Part shown: in pieces, positions 39,003-53,301 of the stretch
Position numbering within the stretch: position 1 is the first letter of the stretch
How the letters are laid out: every line of letters begins with the position of its first letter
Origin: the human T2T-CHM13v2.0 reference genome, Homo sapiens
Length of the DNA stretch: 64,000 nucleotides
Assembly (NCBI RefSeq): GCF_009914755.1
Contig: NC_060948.1
Reading direction: 5' to 3' (one strand)
Notes under the pieces: generated by a model
Told to the model about the DNA's origin: nothing
Seen by the model: only the letters and a program-made list of their open reading frames with translations
The model's database searches: none
Translations under genes and position numbers: made by a program

Positions 39003-42000
39003 TGGAATGGTGTAGTATGCAATGCAATCGACTGGCAGGGAATCAAAAGGAATGTAATCGAATGGATTGGACTGGAATGCAATGGACTCGAATAGATTGG
39101 AAACGGAATGCAAAGGAATGGAATGGAATAGTATGGAATGGAATGGAAAGGAATGGAGTGGAATAGACTAGAGTGGAATGGAATGGACTGGAAAGCAATG
39201 GACTGGAATGGAACTTTCTTGAATGGACTGGAATCAAACGGAATGGAATGCAATGCAATCAAATGGCATGGAATAAAATAGAATGAAAGAGAATCAAATG
39301 GAATTGAATCGAATGGAATCGAATGGATTGGAAAGGAATAGAATGGAATGGAATGGAATTGACTCAAATGGAATGGACTAGAATGGAATGGATTCGAATG
39401 GAAGGCAAAGGAATGGAATCTATTGGAATGGACTGTAATGGAATGGAATGGAAGGGATTGGAATGGACTCGAATGGAATGGACTGCAATAGAAAGGATTC
39501 GAATGGAATGAAAAAGAATTGAATGGAATAGAACAGAATGGAATCAAATCGAATGAAATGGAATGGAATAGAAAGGAATGGAATGAAATGGAATGGAAAG
39601 GATTCGAATGGAATGCAATCGAATGGAATGGAATCGAACGGAATGGAATAAAATGGAAGAAAACTGGCAAGAAATGGAATCGAAATGAATGGAGTGTTAT
39701 GGAACGGACTCAAAAGGAATTGAATGTAATAGAATGGAGTGGAGTGGACTCGAATATAATGGACTGGAATGGAATGAAATCACATGGAATGGGAACGAAT
39801 GGAATGGAATGGAAAGGAATGGAATCGAATGGAAAGGAATCGAATGGAAGGGAATGAAATTGAATCAACAGGAATGGAAGGGAATAGAATAGACGGTAAT
39901 GGAATGGACTCGAACAGAATGGACACGAATGCTCAAATTGAATGGACTCGAATGGAATGGAAACGAAAGGAATGTCATCGAATGGAATTGAATCGATTGG
40001 AATGAAATCGCATAGAATGGAGTGGAATCAAATGGAATTGAATCGAAATGAAAGGAAGCGAATGGACTGAAATGAAATGGAATGGAATTGAATGGAAAGT
40101 AATGCAATGGAATAGAATGGAACGAAATTTCACGGAATGGAATCAAACTGAATGGAATCAAATCAATGGAATCAAATCAAATGGAATGGAAAGGAATTGA
40201 ATGGAGTAGATTGGATTGGATGGGATTGGAATGAAATGTACTGGAAAGGACTCGAATTTCATGACACGGAATGGAATGAATTGGAACGGAATGGACTCGA
40301 ATGGAATGGAATGTCATGGAATGGCATCAAATGGAATGGCATCAAATGGAATGGAATCGAATGCAATGGAATGCTATGGAATGGAATGGAATGCATTGGA
40401 ATGGAATGTCCTCTAATGGAATGGATTCGAGTGGAATGGAATCGAATATAATGGAGTCGAATGAAAAGGAATTGAAAGGAGTGGGATCGAATACAATGGA
40501 ATATACTGGAATGTAATGTAATGAACTCGAATGTAATTGACTGGAATGGAATGTACATGAATGGAATGTAATCGAATGGAAAGTAATCCAATGGAATAGA
40601 ATCTAATGCAATAAAACCGACTCAGATAGAGTAGAATGTAATGGAATGGAGTGCAGTGCAATGGAATGGAATGGAATGGAATGCAATGGAATGGAATGGA
40701 ATGGAATGGAATGGAATGGAATGGAATGGAATGGAATGGGATGGAATGGGATGGAATGGATAGTAATGGACTGGAGTGAAATGGACTGGAAAGGAATGGA
40801 CTCAAATTGAAAGGGCTCGAAAGGAATGGAGTCAAATGGAATGGTCTGGAATGGAATGAACACGAATGTAATGCAATCCAATAGAATGGAATCGAATGGC
40901 ATGGAATATAAAGAAATGGAATCGAAGAGAATGGAAACAAATGGAATGGAATTGAATGGAATGGAATTGAATGGAATGGGAACGAATGGAGTGAAATTGT
41001 ATGCAGTAGAAGGGAATAGAATGGAATGCAAGCGAAAGGAAAGGAATGGATTGGAATGGAATGGAATTCATTGGAATGGAAGGGAATGTAGTGTAATGGA
41101 CAGGCCTGGAATAAAGTGGAATGCTACGGTCTCGAATGGAATAAAAATGTATGGAATGGAATGCAATGAAACGGAATCGAATGTCATAGAATGTAATGGA
41201 ATGCAAAAAAATGGACTCCAAAATCATTGACTGGAAAGGCTGGGTGTCGAAAGGAATTGACTCCAATGGAATGGAATCGAATGGAATGGAAGTGAATAGA
41301 ATCGAACTAAATCGAATGGAATGGAATTGATAGGAACGGAATGGAAAGGAATGCAATGATTTGGCATGGAATGGAATCGAATGGCATCGAATGGAATGGA
41401 ATGGAATGCAATGGAATGGAATGTATTAGAATGTAATGAACTTTAATGGAATGTACTCGAATGGATTCGACTGGAATGGAATGTTCTGGAAGTGAATGGA
41501 CTCCAATGGAATGGATTCAAAAGGAATGGAATCGTACGGAATGGAATCTAATGGAATGGAATTAAATGGAAATGAATCAAATTGAATAGCACGGAATTGA
41601 ATTGAATGGAATGGAATGCAATGGAATCTAATGAAACGGAAAGGAAAGGAATGGAATGGAATGGAAAGGGCTGGAATGGAAAGGAATCGAAACGAATGGA
41701 ATGGAATCGAACTGAAGAGACTGGAATGGAATGCACTGGAATGGAAGGGAGTGTAATGGAAGGTTCTCGATAAAAATGGAATCGAATGGAATGGAATTGA
41801 ATGGAACGGAATAGAGTCGAATGGAATTGAATGGAATGGAATGGACTAGAGTGAAATGGAATCGAACCACAAGGAATGGACAGGAATAGAATGGTCTCGA
41901 ATTGAATGGAATCGTATGGAATGGCATCAAACGGAATGGAATGGACAGCCACGGAATGGAATGCACTCGAATGCAATGGAGTCGAAACTAATGGACTGGA

Positions 42001-42591
42001 ATAGAATGGACTCGACTGGTACGGACTCCAATGGAATGGAATCGAATGGAAGGGAATCGAACGGAATGGACTCGAAGGGAAAAGACTGCAATGGAAAGGT
42101 CTCGAATGGAATGGAAATTAATGGAATGGAATGGAATCGAATGAAATGGAGTCAAAAGGAATGGAATCGAATGGCAAGAAATCGAATGTAATGGAATCGC
42201 AAGGAATTGATGTGAACGGAACGGAATGGAATGGAATCCAAAGGAATGGAATAGAATGGAATGGAATCGAATGGAAAGGACTCGAATGGAAATCACTCGA
42301 ATAGAATGCAATTTAATAAAATAGGATCAAATGTAATGGAATGGAATGGAAAGGAATCGAAACGAAAGGAATGGAGACAGATGGAATGGAATGGAACAGA
42401 GAGCAATGGTATAGAATGGAATGGAATCATCTGGAATGGAATTGAATGGAATGGAATAATATGAAATGGAATGGAATGGAATGGAATGGAATGGAATGGA
42501 ATGGAATGCCCTTGAATTAAATGGACTGGAATGGAATGGACTCGAACAGAGTGGAATGGAAAGTGTTGAGATAGAATGCAATGGACTCCTT
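39003..42591 (+). repeat. DYZ1 unit 12 (3589 bp)
   Basis: Landmark spacing. Both pure GGAAT tracts are expanded. Confidence 0.9.
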
Positions 42592-45500
42592 CGGAATGGT
42601 CTAGTATGCAATGCAATCGACTGGCAGGGAATCAAAAGGAATGTAATCGAATGGATTGGACTGGAATGCAGTGGACTCGAATAGATTGGAAACGGAATGC
42701 AAAGGAATGGAATGGAATAGTATGGAATGGAATGGAAAGGAATGGAGTGGAATAGACTAGAGTGGAATGGAATGGACTGGAAAGCAATGGACTGGAATGG
42801 AACTTTCTTGAATGGACTGGAATCAAACGGAATGGAATGCAATGCAATCAAATGGCATGGAATAAAATAGAATGAAAGAGAATCAAATGGAATTCAATCG
42901 AATGGAATCGAATGGATTGGAAAGGAATAGAATGGAATGGAATGGAATTGACTCAAATGGAATGGACTAGAATGGAATGGATTCGAATGGAAGGCAAAGG
43001 AATGGAATCTATTGGAATGGACTGTAATGGAATGGAATGGAAGGGATTGGAATGGACTCGAATGGAATGGACTGCAATAGAAAGGATTCGAATGGAATGA
43101 AAAAGAATTGAATGGAATAGAACAGAATGGAATCAAATCGAATGAAATGGAATGGAATAGAAAGGAATGGAATGAAATGGAATGGAAAGGATTCGAATGG
43201 AATGCAATCGAATGGAATGGAATCGAACGGAATGGAATAAAATGGAAGAAAACTGGCAAGAAATGGAATCGAAATGAATGGAGTGTTATGGAACGGACTC
43301 AAAAGGAATTGAATGTAATAGAATGGAGTGGAGTGGACTCGAATATAATGGACTGGAATGGAATGAAATCACATGGAATGGGAACGAATGGAATGGAATG
43401 GAAAGGAATGGAATCGAATGGAAAGGAATCGAATGGAAGGGAATGAAATTGAATCAACAGGAATGGAAGGGAATAGAATAGACGGTAATGGAATGGACTC
43501 GAATAGAATGGACACGAATGCTCAAATTGAATGGACTCCAATGGAATGGAAACGAAAGGAATGTCATCGAATAGAATTGAATCGACTGGAATGAAATCGC
43601 AAGAATGGAGTGGAATCAAATGGAATTGAATCGAAAGGAAAGGAAGCGAATGGACTGAAATGAAATGGAATGGAATTGAATGGAAAGTAATGCAATGGAA
43701 TAGAATGGAACGAAATTTCACGGAATGGAATCAAACTGAAAGGAATCAAATCAATGGAATCTAATCAAATGGAATGGAAAGGAATTGAATGGAGTAGATT
43801 GGATTGGATGGGATTGGAGTGAAATGTACTGGAAAGGACTCGAATTTCATGAAACGGAATGGAATGAATTGGAACGGAATGGACTCGAATGGAATGGAAT
43901 GTCATGGAATGGCATCAAATGGAATGGCATCAAATGGAATGGAATCGAATGCAATGGAATGCTATGGAATGGAATGGAATGCATTGGAATGGAATGTCCT
44001 CTAATGGAATGGATTCGAGTGGAATGGAATCGAATATAATGGAGTCGAATGAAATGGAATTGAAAGGAATGGGATCGAATACAATGGAATATGCTGGAAT
44101 GTAATGTAATGAACACGAATGTAATTGACTGGAATGGAATGTACATGAATGGAATGTAATCGAATGGAAAGTAATCCAATGGAATAGAATCTAATGCAAT
44201 AAAATCGACTCAGATAGAGTAGAATGTAATGGAATGGAGTGCAGTACAATGGAATGGAATGGAATGCAATGGAATGGAATGGAATGGAATGGAATGGAAT
44301 GGGATGGAATGGGATGGAATGGTATGGAGTGGATAGTAATGGACTGGAGTGAAATGGACTGGAAAGGAATGGACTCAAATTGAAAGGGCTCGAAAGGAAT
44401 GGAGTCAAATGGAATGGTCTGGAATGGAATGAACACGAATGTAATGCAATCCAATAGAATGGAATCGAATGGCATGGAATATAAAGAAATGGAATCAAAG
44501 AGAATGGAAACAAATGGAATGGAATTGAATGGAATGGAATTGAATGGAATGGGAACGAATGGAGTGAAATTGTATGCAGTAGAAGGGAATAGAATGGAAT
44601 GCAAGCGAAAGGAAAGGAATGGATTGGAATGGAATGGAATTCATTGGAATGGAAGGGAATGTAGTGTAATGGACAGACCTGGAATAAAGTGGAATGCTAC
44701 GGTCTCGAATGGAATAAAAATGTATGGAATGGAATGCAATGAAACGGAATCGAATGTCATAGAATGTAATGGAATGCAAAAAATTGGAATCCAAAATCAT
44801 TGACTGGAAAGGCTGGGTGTCGAAAGGAATTGACTCCAATGATATGGAACCGAATGGAATGGAAGTGAATAGAATCGAACTAAATCGAATGGAATGGAAT
44901 TGATAGGAACGGAATGGAAAGGAATGCAATGAATTGGCATGGAATGGAATCGAATGGCATCGAATGGAATGGAATGGAATGCAATGGAATGGAATGTATT
45001 AGAATGTAATGAACTTTAATGGAATGTACTCGAATGGATTCGACTGGAATGGAATGTTCTGGAAGTGAATGGACTCCAATGGAATGGATTCAAAAGGAAT
45101 GGAATCGTACGGAATGGAATCTAATGGAATGGAATTAAATCGAAATGAATCAAATTGAATAGAACGGAATTGAATTGAATGGAATGGAATGCAATGGAAT
45201 CTAATGAAACGGAAAGGAAAGGAATGGAATGGAATGGAATGGGCTGGAATGGAAAGGAATCGAAACGAATGGAATGGAATCGAACTGAAGAGACTGGAAT
45301 GGAATGCACTGGAATGGAAGGGAGTGTAATGGAAGGTTCTCGAAAAAAATGGAATCGAATGGAATGGAATTGAATGGAACGGAATAGAGTCGAATGGAAT
45401 TGAATGGAATGGAATGGACTAGAGTGAAATGGAATCGAACCACAAGGAATGGACAGGAATAGAATGGTCTCGAATTGAATGGAATCGTATGGAATGGCAT

Positions 45501-46149
45501 CAAACGGAATGGAATGGACAGCCACGGAATGGAATGCACTCGAATGCAATGGAGTCGAAACTAATGGACTGGAATAGAATGGACTCGACTGGTACGGACT
45601 CCAATGGAATGGAATCGAATGGAAGGGAATCGAACGGAATGGACTCGAAGGGAAAAGACTGCAATGGAAAGGTCTCGAATGGAATGGAAATTAATGGAAT
45701 GGAATGGAATCGAATGAAATGGAGTCAAAAGGAATGGAATCGAATGGCAAGAAATCGAATGTAATGGAATCGCAAGGAATTGATGTGAACGGAACGGAAT
45801 GGAATGGAATCCAAAGGAATGGAATAGAATGGAATGGAATCGAATGGAAAGGACTCGAATGGAAATCACTCGAATAGAATGCAATTTAATAAAATAGGAT
45901 CAAATGTAATGGAATGGAATGGAAAGGAATCGAAACGAAAGGAATGGAGACAGATGGAATGGAATGGAACAGAGAGCAATGGTATAGAATGGAATGGAAT
46001 CATCTGGAATGGAATTGAATGGAATGGAATAATATGAAATGGAATGGAATGGAATGGAATGGAATGCCCTTGAATTAAATGGACTGGAATGGAATGGACT
46101 CGAACAGAGTGGAATGGAAAGTGTTGAGATAGAATGGAATGGACTCCTT
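42592..46149 (+). repeat. DYZ1 unit 13 (3558 bp; type A)
   Basis: Landmark spacing. 1-bp deletion after 43601, HaeIII site lost (AGACCT, 44677), extra EcoRI site at 42890. Confidence 0.9.
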
Positions 46150-49100
46150 TGGAATGGTGTAGTATGCAATGCAATCGACTGGCAGGGAATCAAAAGGAAT
46201 GTAATGGAATGGATTGGACTGGAATGCAATGGACTCGAATAGATTGGAAACGGAATGCAAAGGAATGGAATGGAATAGTATGGAATGGAATGGAAAGGAA
46301 TGGAGTGGAATAGACTAGAGTGGAATGGAATGGACTGGAAAGCAATGGACTGGAATGGAACTTTCTTGAATGGACTGGAATCAAACGGAATGGAATGCAA
46401 TGCAATCAAATGGCATGGAATAAAATAGAATGAAAGAGAATCAAATGGAATTGAATCGAATGGAATCGAATGGATTGGAAAGGAATAGAATGGAATGGAA
46501 TGGAATTGACTCGAATGGAATGGACTAGAATGGAATGGATTCGAATGGAAGGCAAAGGAATGGAATCTATTGGAATGGACTGTAATGGAATGGAATGGAA
46601 AGGATTGGAATGGACTCGAATGGAATGGACTGCAATAGAAAGGATTCGAATGGAATGAAAAAGAATTGAATGGAATAGAACAGAATGGAATCAAATCGAA
46701 TGAAATGGAATGGAATAGAAAGGAATGGAATGAAATGGAATGGAAAGGATTCGAATGGAATGCAATCGAATGGAATGGAATCGAACGGAATGGAATAAAA
46801 TGGAAGAAAACTGGCAAGAAATGGAATCGAAATGAATGGAGTGTTATGGAACGGACTCAAAAGGAATTGAATGTAATAGAATGGAGTGGAGTGGACTCGA
46901 ATATAATGGAATGGAATGGAATGAAATCACAAGGAATGGGAACGAATGGAATGGAATGGAAAGGAATGGAATCGAATGGAAAGGAATCGAATGGAAGGGA
47001 ATGAAATTGAATCAACAGGAATGGAAGGGAATAGAATAGACGGTAATGGAATGGACTCGAATAGAATGGACACGAATGCTCAAATTGAATGGACTCGAAT
47101 GGAATGGAAACGAAAGGAATGTCATCGAATGGAATTGAATGGATTGGAATGAAATCGCATAGAATGGAGTGGAATCAAATGGAATTGAATCGAAAGGAAA
47201 GGAAGCGAATGGACTGAAATGAAATGGAATGGAATTGAATGGAAAGTAATGCAATGGAATAGAATGGAACGAAATTTCACGGAATGGAATCAAACTGAAT
47301 GGAATCAAATCAATGGAATCAAATCAAATGGAATGGAAAGGAATTGAATGGAGTAGATTGGATTGGATGGGATTGGAATGAAATGTACTGGAAAGGACTC
47401 GAATTTCATGAAACGGAATGGAATGAATTGGAACGGAATGGACTCGAATGGAATGGAATGTCATGGAATGGCATCAAATGGAATGGCATCAAATGGAATG
47501 GAATCGAATGCAATGGAATGCTATGGAATGGAATGGAATGCATTGGAATGGAATGTCCTCTAATGGAATGGATTCGAGTGGAATGGAATCGAATATAATG
47601 GAGTCGAATGAAATGGAATTGAAAGGAGTGGGATCGAATACAATGGAATATACTGGAATGTAATGTAATGAACTCGAATGTAATTGACTGGAATGGAATG
47701 TACATGAATGGAATGTAATCGAATGGAAAGTAATCCAATGGAATAGAATCTAATGCAATAAAACCGACTCAGATAGAGTAGAATGTAATGGAATGGAGTG
47801 CAGTGCAATGGAATGGAATGGAATGGAAGGCAATGGAATGGAATGGAATGGAATGGAATGGAATGGAATGGAATGGAATGGAATGGAATGGGATGGAATG
47901 GGATGGAATGGATAGTAATGGACTGGAGTGAAATGGACTGGAAAGGAATGGACTCAAATTGAAAGGGCTCGAAAGGAATGGAGTCAAATGGAATGGTCTG
48001 GAATGGAATGAACACGAATGTAATGCAATCCAATAGAATGGAATCGAATGGCATGGAATATAAAGAAATGGTATCGAAGAGAATGGAAACAAATGGAATG
48101 GAATTGAATGGAATGGAATTGAATGGAATGGGAACGAATGGAGTGAAATTGTATGCAGTAGAAGGGAATAGAATGGAATGCAAGCGAAAGGAAAGGAATG
48201 GATTGGAATGGAATGGAATTCATTGGAATGGAAGGGAATGTAGTGTAATGGACAGGCCTGGAATAAAGTGGAATGCTACGGTCTCGAATGGAATAAAAAT
48301 GTATGGAATCGAATGCAATGAAACGGAATCGAATGTCATAGAATGTAATGGAATGCAAAAAAATGGAATCCAAAATCATTGACTGGAAAGGCTGGGTGTC
48401 GAAAGGAATTGACTCCAATGGAATGGAATCGAATGGAATGGAAGTGAATAGAATCGAACTAAATCGAATGGAATGGAATTGATAGGAACGGAATGGAAAG
48501 GAATGCAATGATTTGGCATGGAATGGAATCGAATGGCATCGAATGGAATGGAATGGAATGCAATGGAATGGAATGTATTAGAATGTAATGAACTTTAATG
48601 GAATGTACTCGAATGGATTCGACTGGAATGGAATGTTCTGGAAGTGAATGGACTCCAATGGAATGGATTCAAAAGGAATGGAATCGTACGGAATGGAATC
48701 TAATGGAATGGAATTAAATGGAAATGAATCAAATTGAATAGCACGGAATTGAATTGAATGGAATGGAATGCAATGGAATCTAATGAAACGGAAAGGAAAG
48801 GAATGGAATGGAATGGAAAGGGCTGGAATGGAAAGGAATCGAAACGAATGGAATGGAATCGAACTGAAGAGACTGGAATGGAATGCACTGGAATGGAAGG
48901 GAGTGTAATGGAAGGTTCTCGAAAAAAATGGAATCGAATGGAATGGAATTGAATGGAACGGAATAGAGTCGAATGGAATTGAATGGAATGGAATGGACTA
49001 GAGTGAAATGGAATCGAACCACAAGGAATGGACAGGAATAGAATGGTCTCGAATTGAATGGAATCGTATGGAATGGCATCAAACGGAATGGAATGGACAG

Positions 49101-49738
49101 CCACGGAATGGAATGCACTCGAATGCAATGGAGTCGAAACTAATGGACTGGAATAGAATGGACTCGACTGGTACGGACTCCAATGGAATGGAATCGAATG
49201 GAAGGGAATCGAACGGAATGGACTCGAAGGGAAAAGACTGCAATGGAAAGGTCTCGAATGGAATGGAAATTAATGGAATGGAATGGAATCGAATGAAATG
49301 GAGTCAAAAGGAATGGAATCGAATGGCAAGAAATCGAATGTAATGGAATCGCAAGGAATTGATGTGAACGGAACGGAATGGAATGGAATCCAAAGGAATG
49401 GAATAGAATGGAATGGAATCGAATGGAAAGGACTCGAATGGAAATCACTCGAATAGAATGCAATTTAATAAAATAGGATCAAATGTAATGGAATGGAATG
49501 GAAAGGAATCGAAACGAAAGGAATGGAGACAGATGGAATGGAATGGAACAGAGAGCAATGGTATAGAATGGAATGGAATCATCTGGAATGGAATTGAATG
49601 GAATGGAATAATATGAAATGGAATGGAATGGAATGGAATGGAATGGAATGGAATGCCCTTGAATTAAATGGACTGGAATGGAATGGACTCGAACAGAGTG
49701 GAATGGAAAGTGTTGAGATAGAATGCAATGGACTCCTT
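46150..49738 (+). repeat. DYZ1 unit 14 (3589 bp; type B)
   Basis: Landmark spacing. Longest pure tract counted, (GGAAT)11 at 47835-47889. Confidence 0.9.
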
Positions 49739-52700
49739 CGGAATGGTCTAGTATGCAATGCAATCGACTGGCAGGGAATCAAAAGGAATGTAATCGAATG
49801 GATTGGACTGGAATGCAGTGGACTCGAATAGATTGGAAACGGAATGCAAAGGAATGGAATGGAATAGTATGGAATGGAATGGAAAGGAATGGAGTGGAAT
49901 AGACTAGAGTGGAATGGAATGGACTGGAAAGCAATGGACTGGAATGGAACTTTCTTGAATGGACTGGAATCAAACGGAATGGAATGCAATGCAATCAAAT
50001 GGCATGGAATAAAATAGAATGAAAGAGAATCAAATGGAATTGAATCGAATGGAATCGAATGGATTGGAAAGGAATAGAATGGAATGGAATGGAATTGACT
50101 CAAATGGAATGGACTAGAATGGAATGGATTCGAATGGAAGGCAAAGGAATGGAATCTATTGGAATGGACTGTAATGGAATGGAATGGAAGGGATTGGAAT
50201 GGACTCGAATGGAATGGACTGCAATAGAAAGGATTCGAATGGAATGAAAAAGAATTGAATGGAATAGAACAGAATGGAATCAAATCGAATGAAATGGAAT
50301 GGAATAGAAAGGAATGGAATGAAATGGAATGGAAAGGATTCGAATGGAATGCAATCGAATGGAATGGAATCGAACGGAATGGAATAAAATGGAAGAAAAC
50401 TGGCAAGAAATGGAATGGAAATGAATGGAGTGTTATGGAACGGACTCAAAAGGAATTGAATGTAATAGAATGGAGTGGAGTGGACTCGAATATAATGGAC
50501 TGGAATGGAATGAAATCACATGGAATGGGAACGAATGGAATGGAATGGAAAGGAATGGAATCGAATGGAAAGGAATCGAATGGAAGGGAATGAAATTGAA
50601 TCAACAGGAATGGAAGGGAATAGAATAGACGGTAATGGAATGGACTCGAATAGAATGGACACGAATGCTCAAATTGAATGGACTCCAATGGAATGGAAAC
50701 GAAAGGAATGTCATCGAATAGAATTGAATCGATTGGAATGAAATCGCAAGAATGGAGTGGAATCAAATGGAATTGAATCGAAAGGAAAGGAAGCGAATGG
50801 ACTGAAATGAAATGGAATGGAATTGAATGGAAAGTAATGCAATGGAATAGAATGGAACGAAATTTCACGGAATGGAATCAAACTGAAAGGAATCAAATCA
50901 ATGGAATCTAATCAAATGGAATGGAAGGGAATTGAATGGAGTAGATTGGATTGGATGGGATTGGAGTGAAATGTACTGGAAAGGACTCGAATTTCATGAA
51001 ACGGAATGGAATGAATTGGAACGGAATGGACTCGAATGGAATGGAATGTCATGGAATGGCATCAAATGGAATGGCATCAAATGGAATGGAATCGAATGCA
51101 ATGGAATGCTATGGAATGGAATGGAATGCATTGGAATGGAATGTCCTCTAATGGAATGGATTCGAGTGGAATGGAATCGAATATAATGGAGTCGAATGAA
51201 ATGGAATTGAAAGGAGTGGGATCGAATACAATGGAATATGCTGGAATGTAATGTAATGAACTCGAATGTAATTGACTGGAATGGAATGTACATGAATGGA
51301 ATGTAATCGAATGGAAAGTAATCCAATGGAATAGAATCTAATGCAATAAAATCGACTCAGATAGAGTAGAATGTAATGGAATGGAGTGCAGTACAATGGA
51401 ATGGAATGGAATGCAATGGAATGGAATGGAATGGAATGGAATGGAATGGAATGGGATGGAATGGGATGGAATGGTATGGAATGGATAGTAATGGACTGGA
51501 GTGAAATGGACTGGAAAGGAATGGACTCAAATTGAAAGGGCTCGAAAGGAATGGAGTCAAATGGAATGGTCTGGAATGGAATGAACACGAATGTAATGCA
51601 ATCCAATAGAATGGAATCGAATGGCATGGAATATAAAGAAATGGAATCGAAGAGAATGGAAACAAATGGAATGGAATTGAATGGAATGGAATTGAATGGA
51701 ATGCGAACGAATGGAGTGAAATTGTATGCAGTAGAAGGGAATAGAATGGAATGCAAGCGAAAGGAAAGGAATGGATTGGAATGGAATGGAATTCATTGGA
51801 ATGGAAGGGAATGTAGTGTAGTGGACAGGCCTGGAATAAAGTGGAATGCTACGGTCTCGAATGGAATAAAAATGTATGGAATGGAATGCAATGAAACGGA
51901 ATCGAATGTCATAGAATGTAATGGAATGCAAAAAAATGGAATCCAAAATCATTGACTGGAAAGGCTGGGTGTCGAAAGGAATTGACTCCAATGGAATGGA
52001 ATCGAATGGACTGGAAGTGAATAGAATCGAACTAAATCGAATGGAATGGAATTGATAGGAACGGAATGGAAAGGAATGCAATGAATTGGCATGGAATGGA
52101 ATCGAATGGCATCGAATGGAATGGAATGGAATGCAATGGAATGGAATGTATTAGAATGTAATGAACTTTAATGGAATGTACTCGAATGGATTCGACTGGA
52201 ATGGAATGTTCTGGAAGTGAATGGACTCCAATGGAATGGATTCAAAAGGAATGGAATCGTACGGAATGGAATCTAATGGAATGGAATTAAATGGAAATGA
52301 ATCAAATTGAATAGCACGGAATTGAATTGAATGGAATGGAATGCAATGGAATCTAATGAAACGGAAAGGAAAGGAATGGAATGGAATGGAATGGGCTGGA
52401 ATGGAAAGGAATCGAAACGAATGGAATGGAATCGAACTGAAGAGACTGGAATGGAATGCACTGGAATGGAAGAGAGTGTAATGGAAGGTTCTCGAAAAAA
52501 ATGGAATCGAATGGAATGGAATTGAATGGAACGGAATAGAGTCGAATGGAATTGAATGGAATGGAATGGACTAGAGTGAAATGGAATCGAACCACAAGGA
52601 ATGGACAGGAATAGAATGGTCTCGAATTGAATGGAATCGTATGGAATGGCATCAAACGGAATGGAATGGACAGCCACGGAATGGAATGCACTCGAATGCA

Positions 52701-53301
52701 ATGGAGTCGAAACTAATGGACTGGAATAGAATGGACTCGACTGGTACGGACTCCAATGGAATGGAATCGAATGGAAGGGAATCGAACGGAATGGACTCGA
52801 AGGGAAAAGACTGCAATGGAAAGGTCTCGAATGGAATGGAAATTAATGGAATGGAATGGAATCGAATGAAATGGAGTCAAAAGGAATGGAATCGAATGGC
52901 AAGAAATCGAATGTAATGGAATCACAAGGAATTGATGTGAACGGAACGGAATGGAATGGAATCCAAAGGAATGGAATAGAATGGAATGGAATCGAATGGA
53001 AAGGACTCGAATGGAAATCACTCGAATAGAATGCAATTTAATAAAATAGGATCAAATGTAATGGAATGGAATGGAAAGGAATCGAAACGAAAGGAATGGA
53101 GACAGATGGAATGGAATGGAACAGAGAGCAATGGTATAGAATGGAATGGAATCATCTGGAATGGAATTGAATGGAATGGAATAATATGAAATGGAATGGA
53201 ATGGAATGGAATGGAATGCCCTTGAATTAAATGGACTGGAATGGAATGGACTCGAACAGAGTGGAATGGAAAGTGTTGAGATAGAATGGAATGGACTCCT
53301 T
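49739..53301 (+). repeat. DYZ1 unit 15 (3563 bp; type A)
   Basis: Landmark spacing. Same 1-bp deletion as unit 13, after 50748. Confidence 0.9.
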
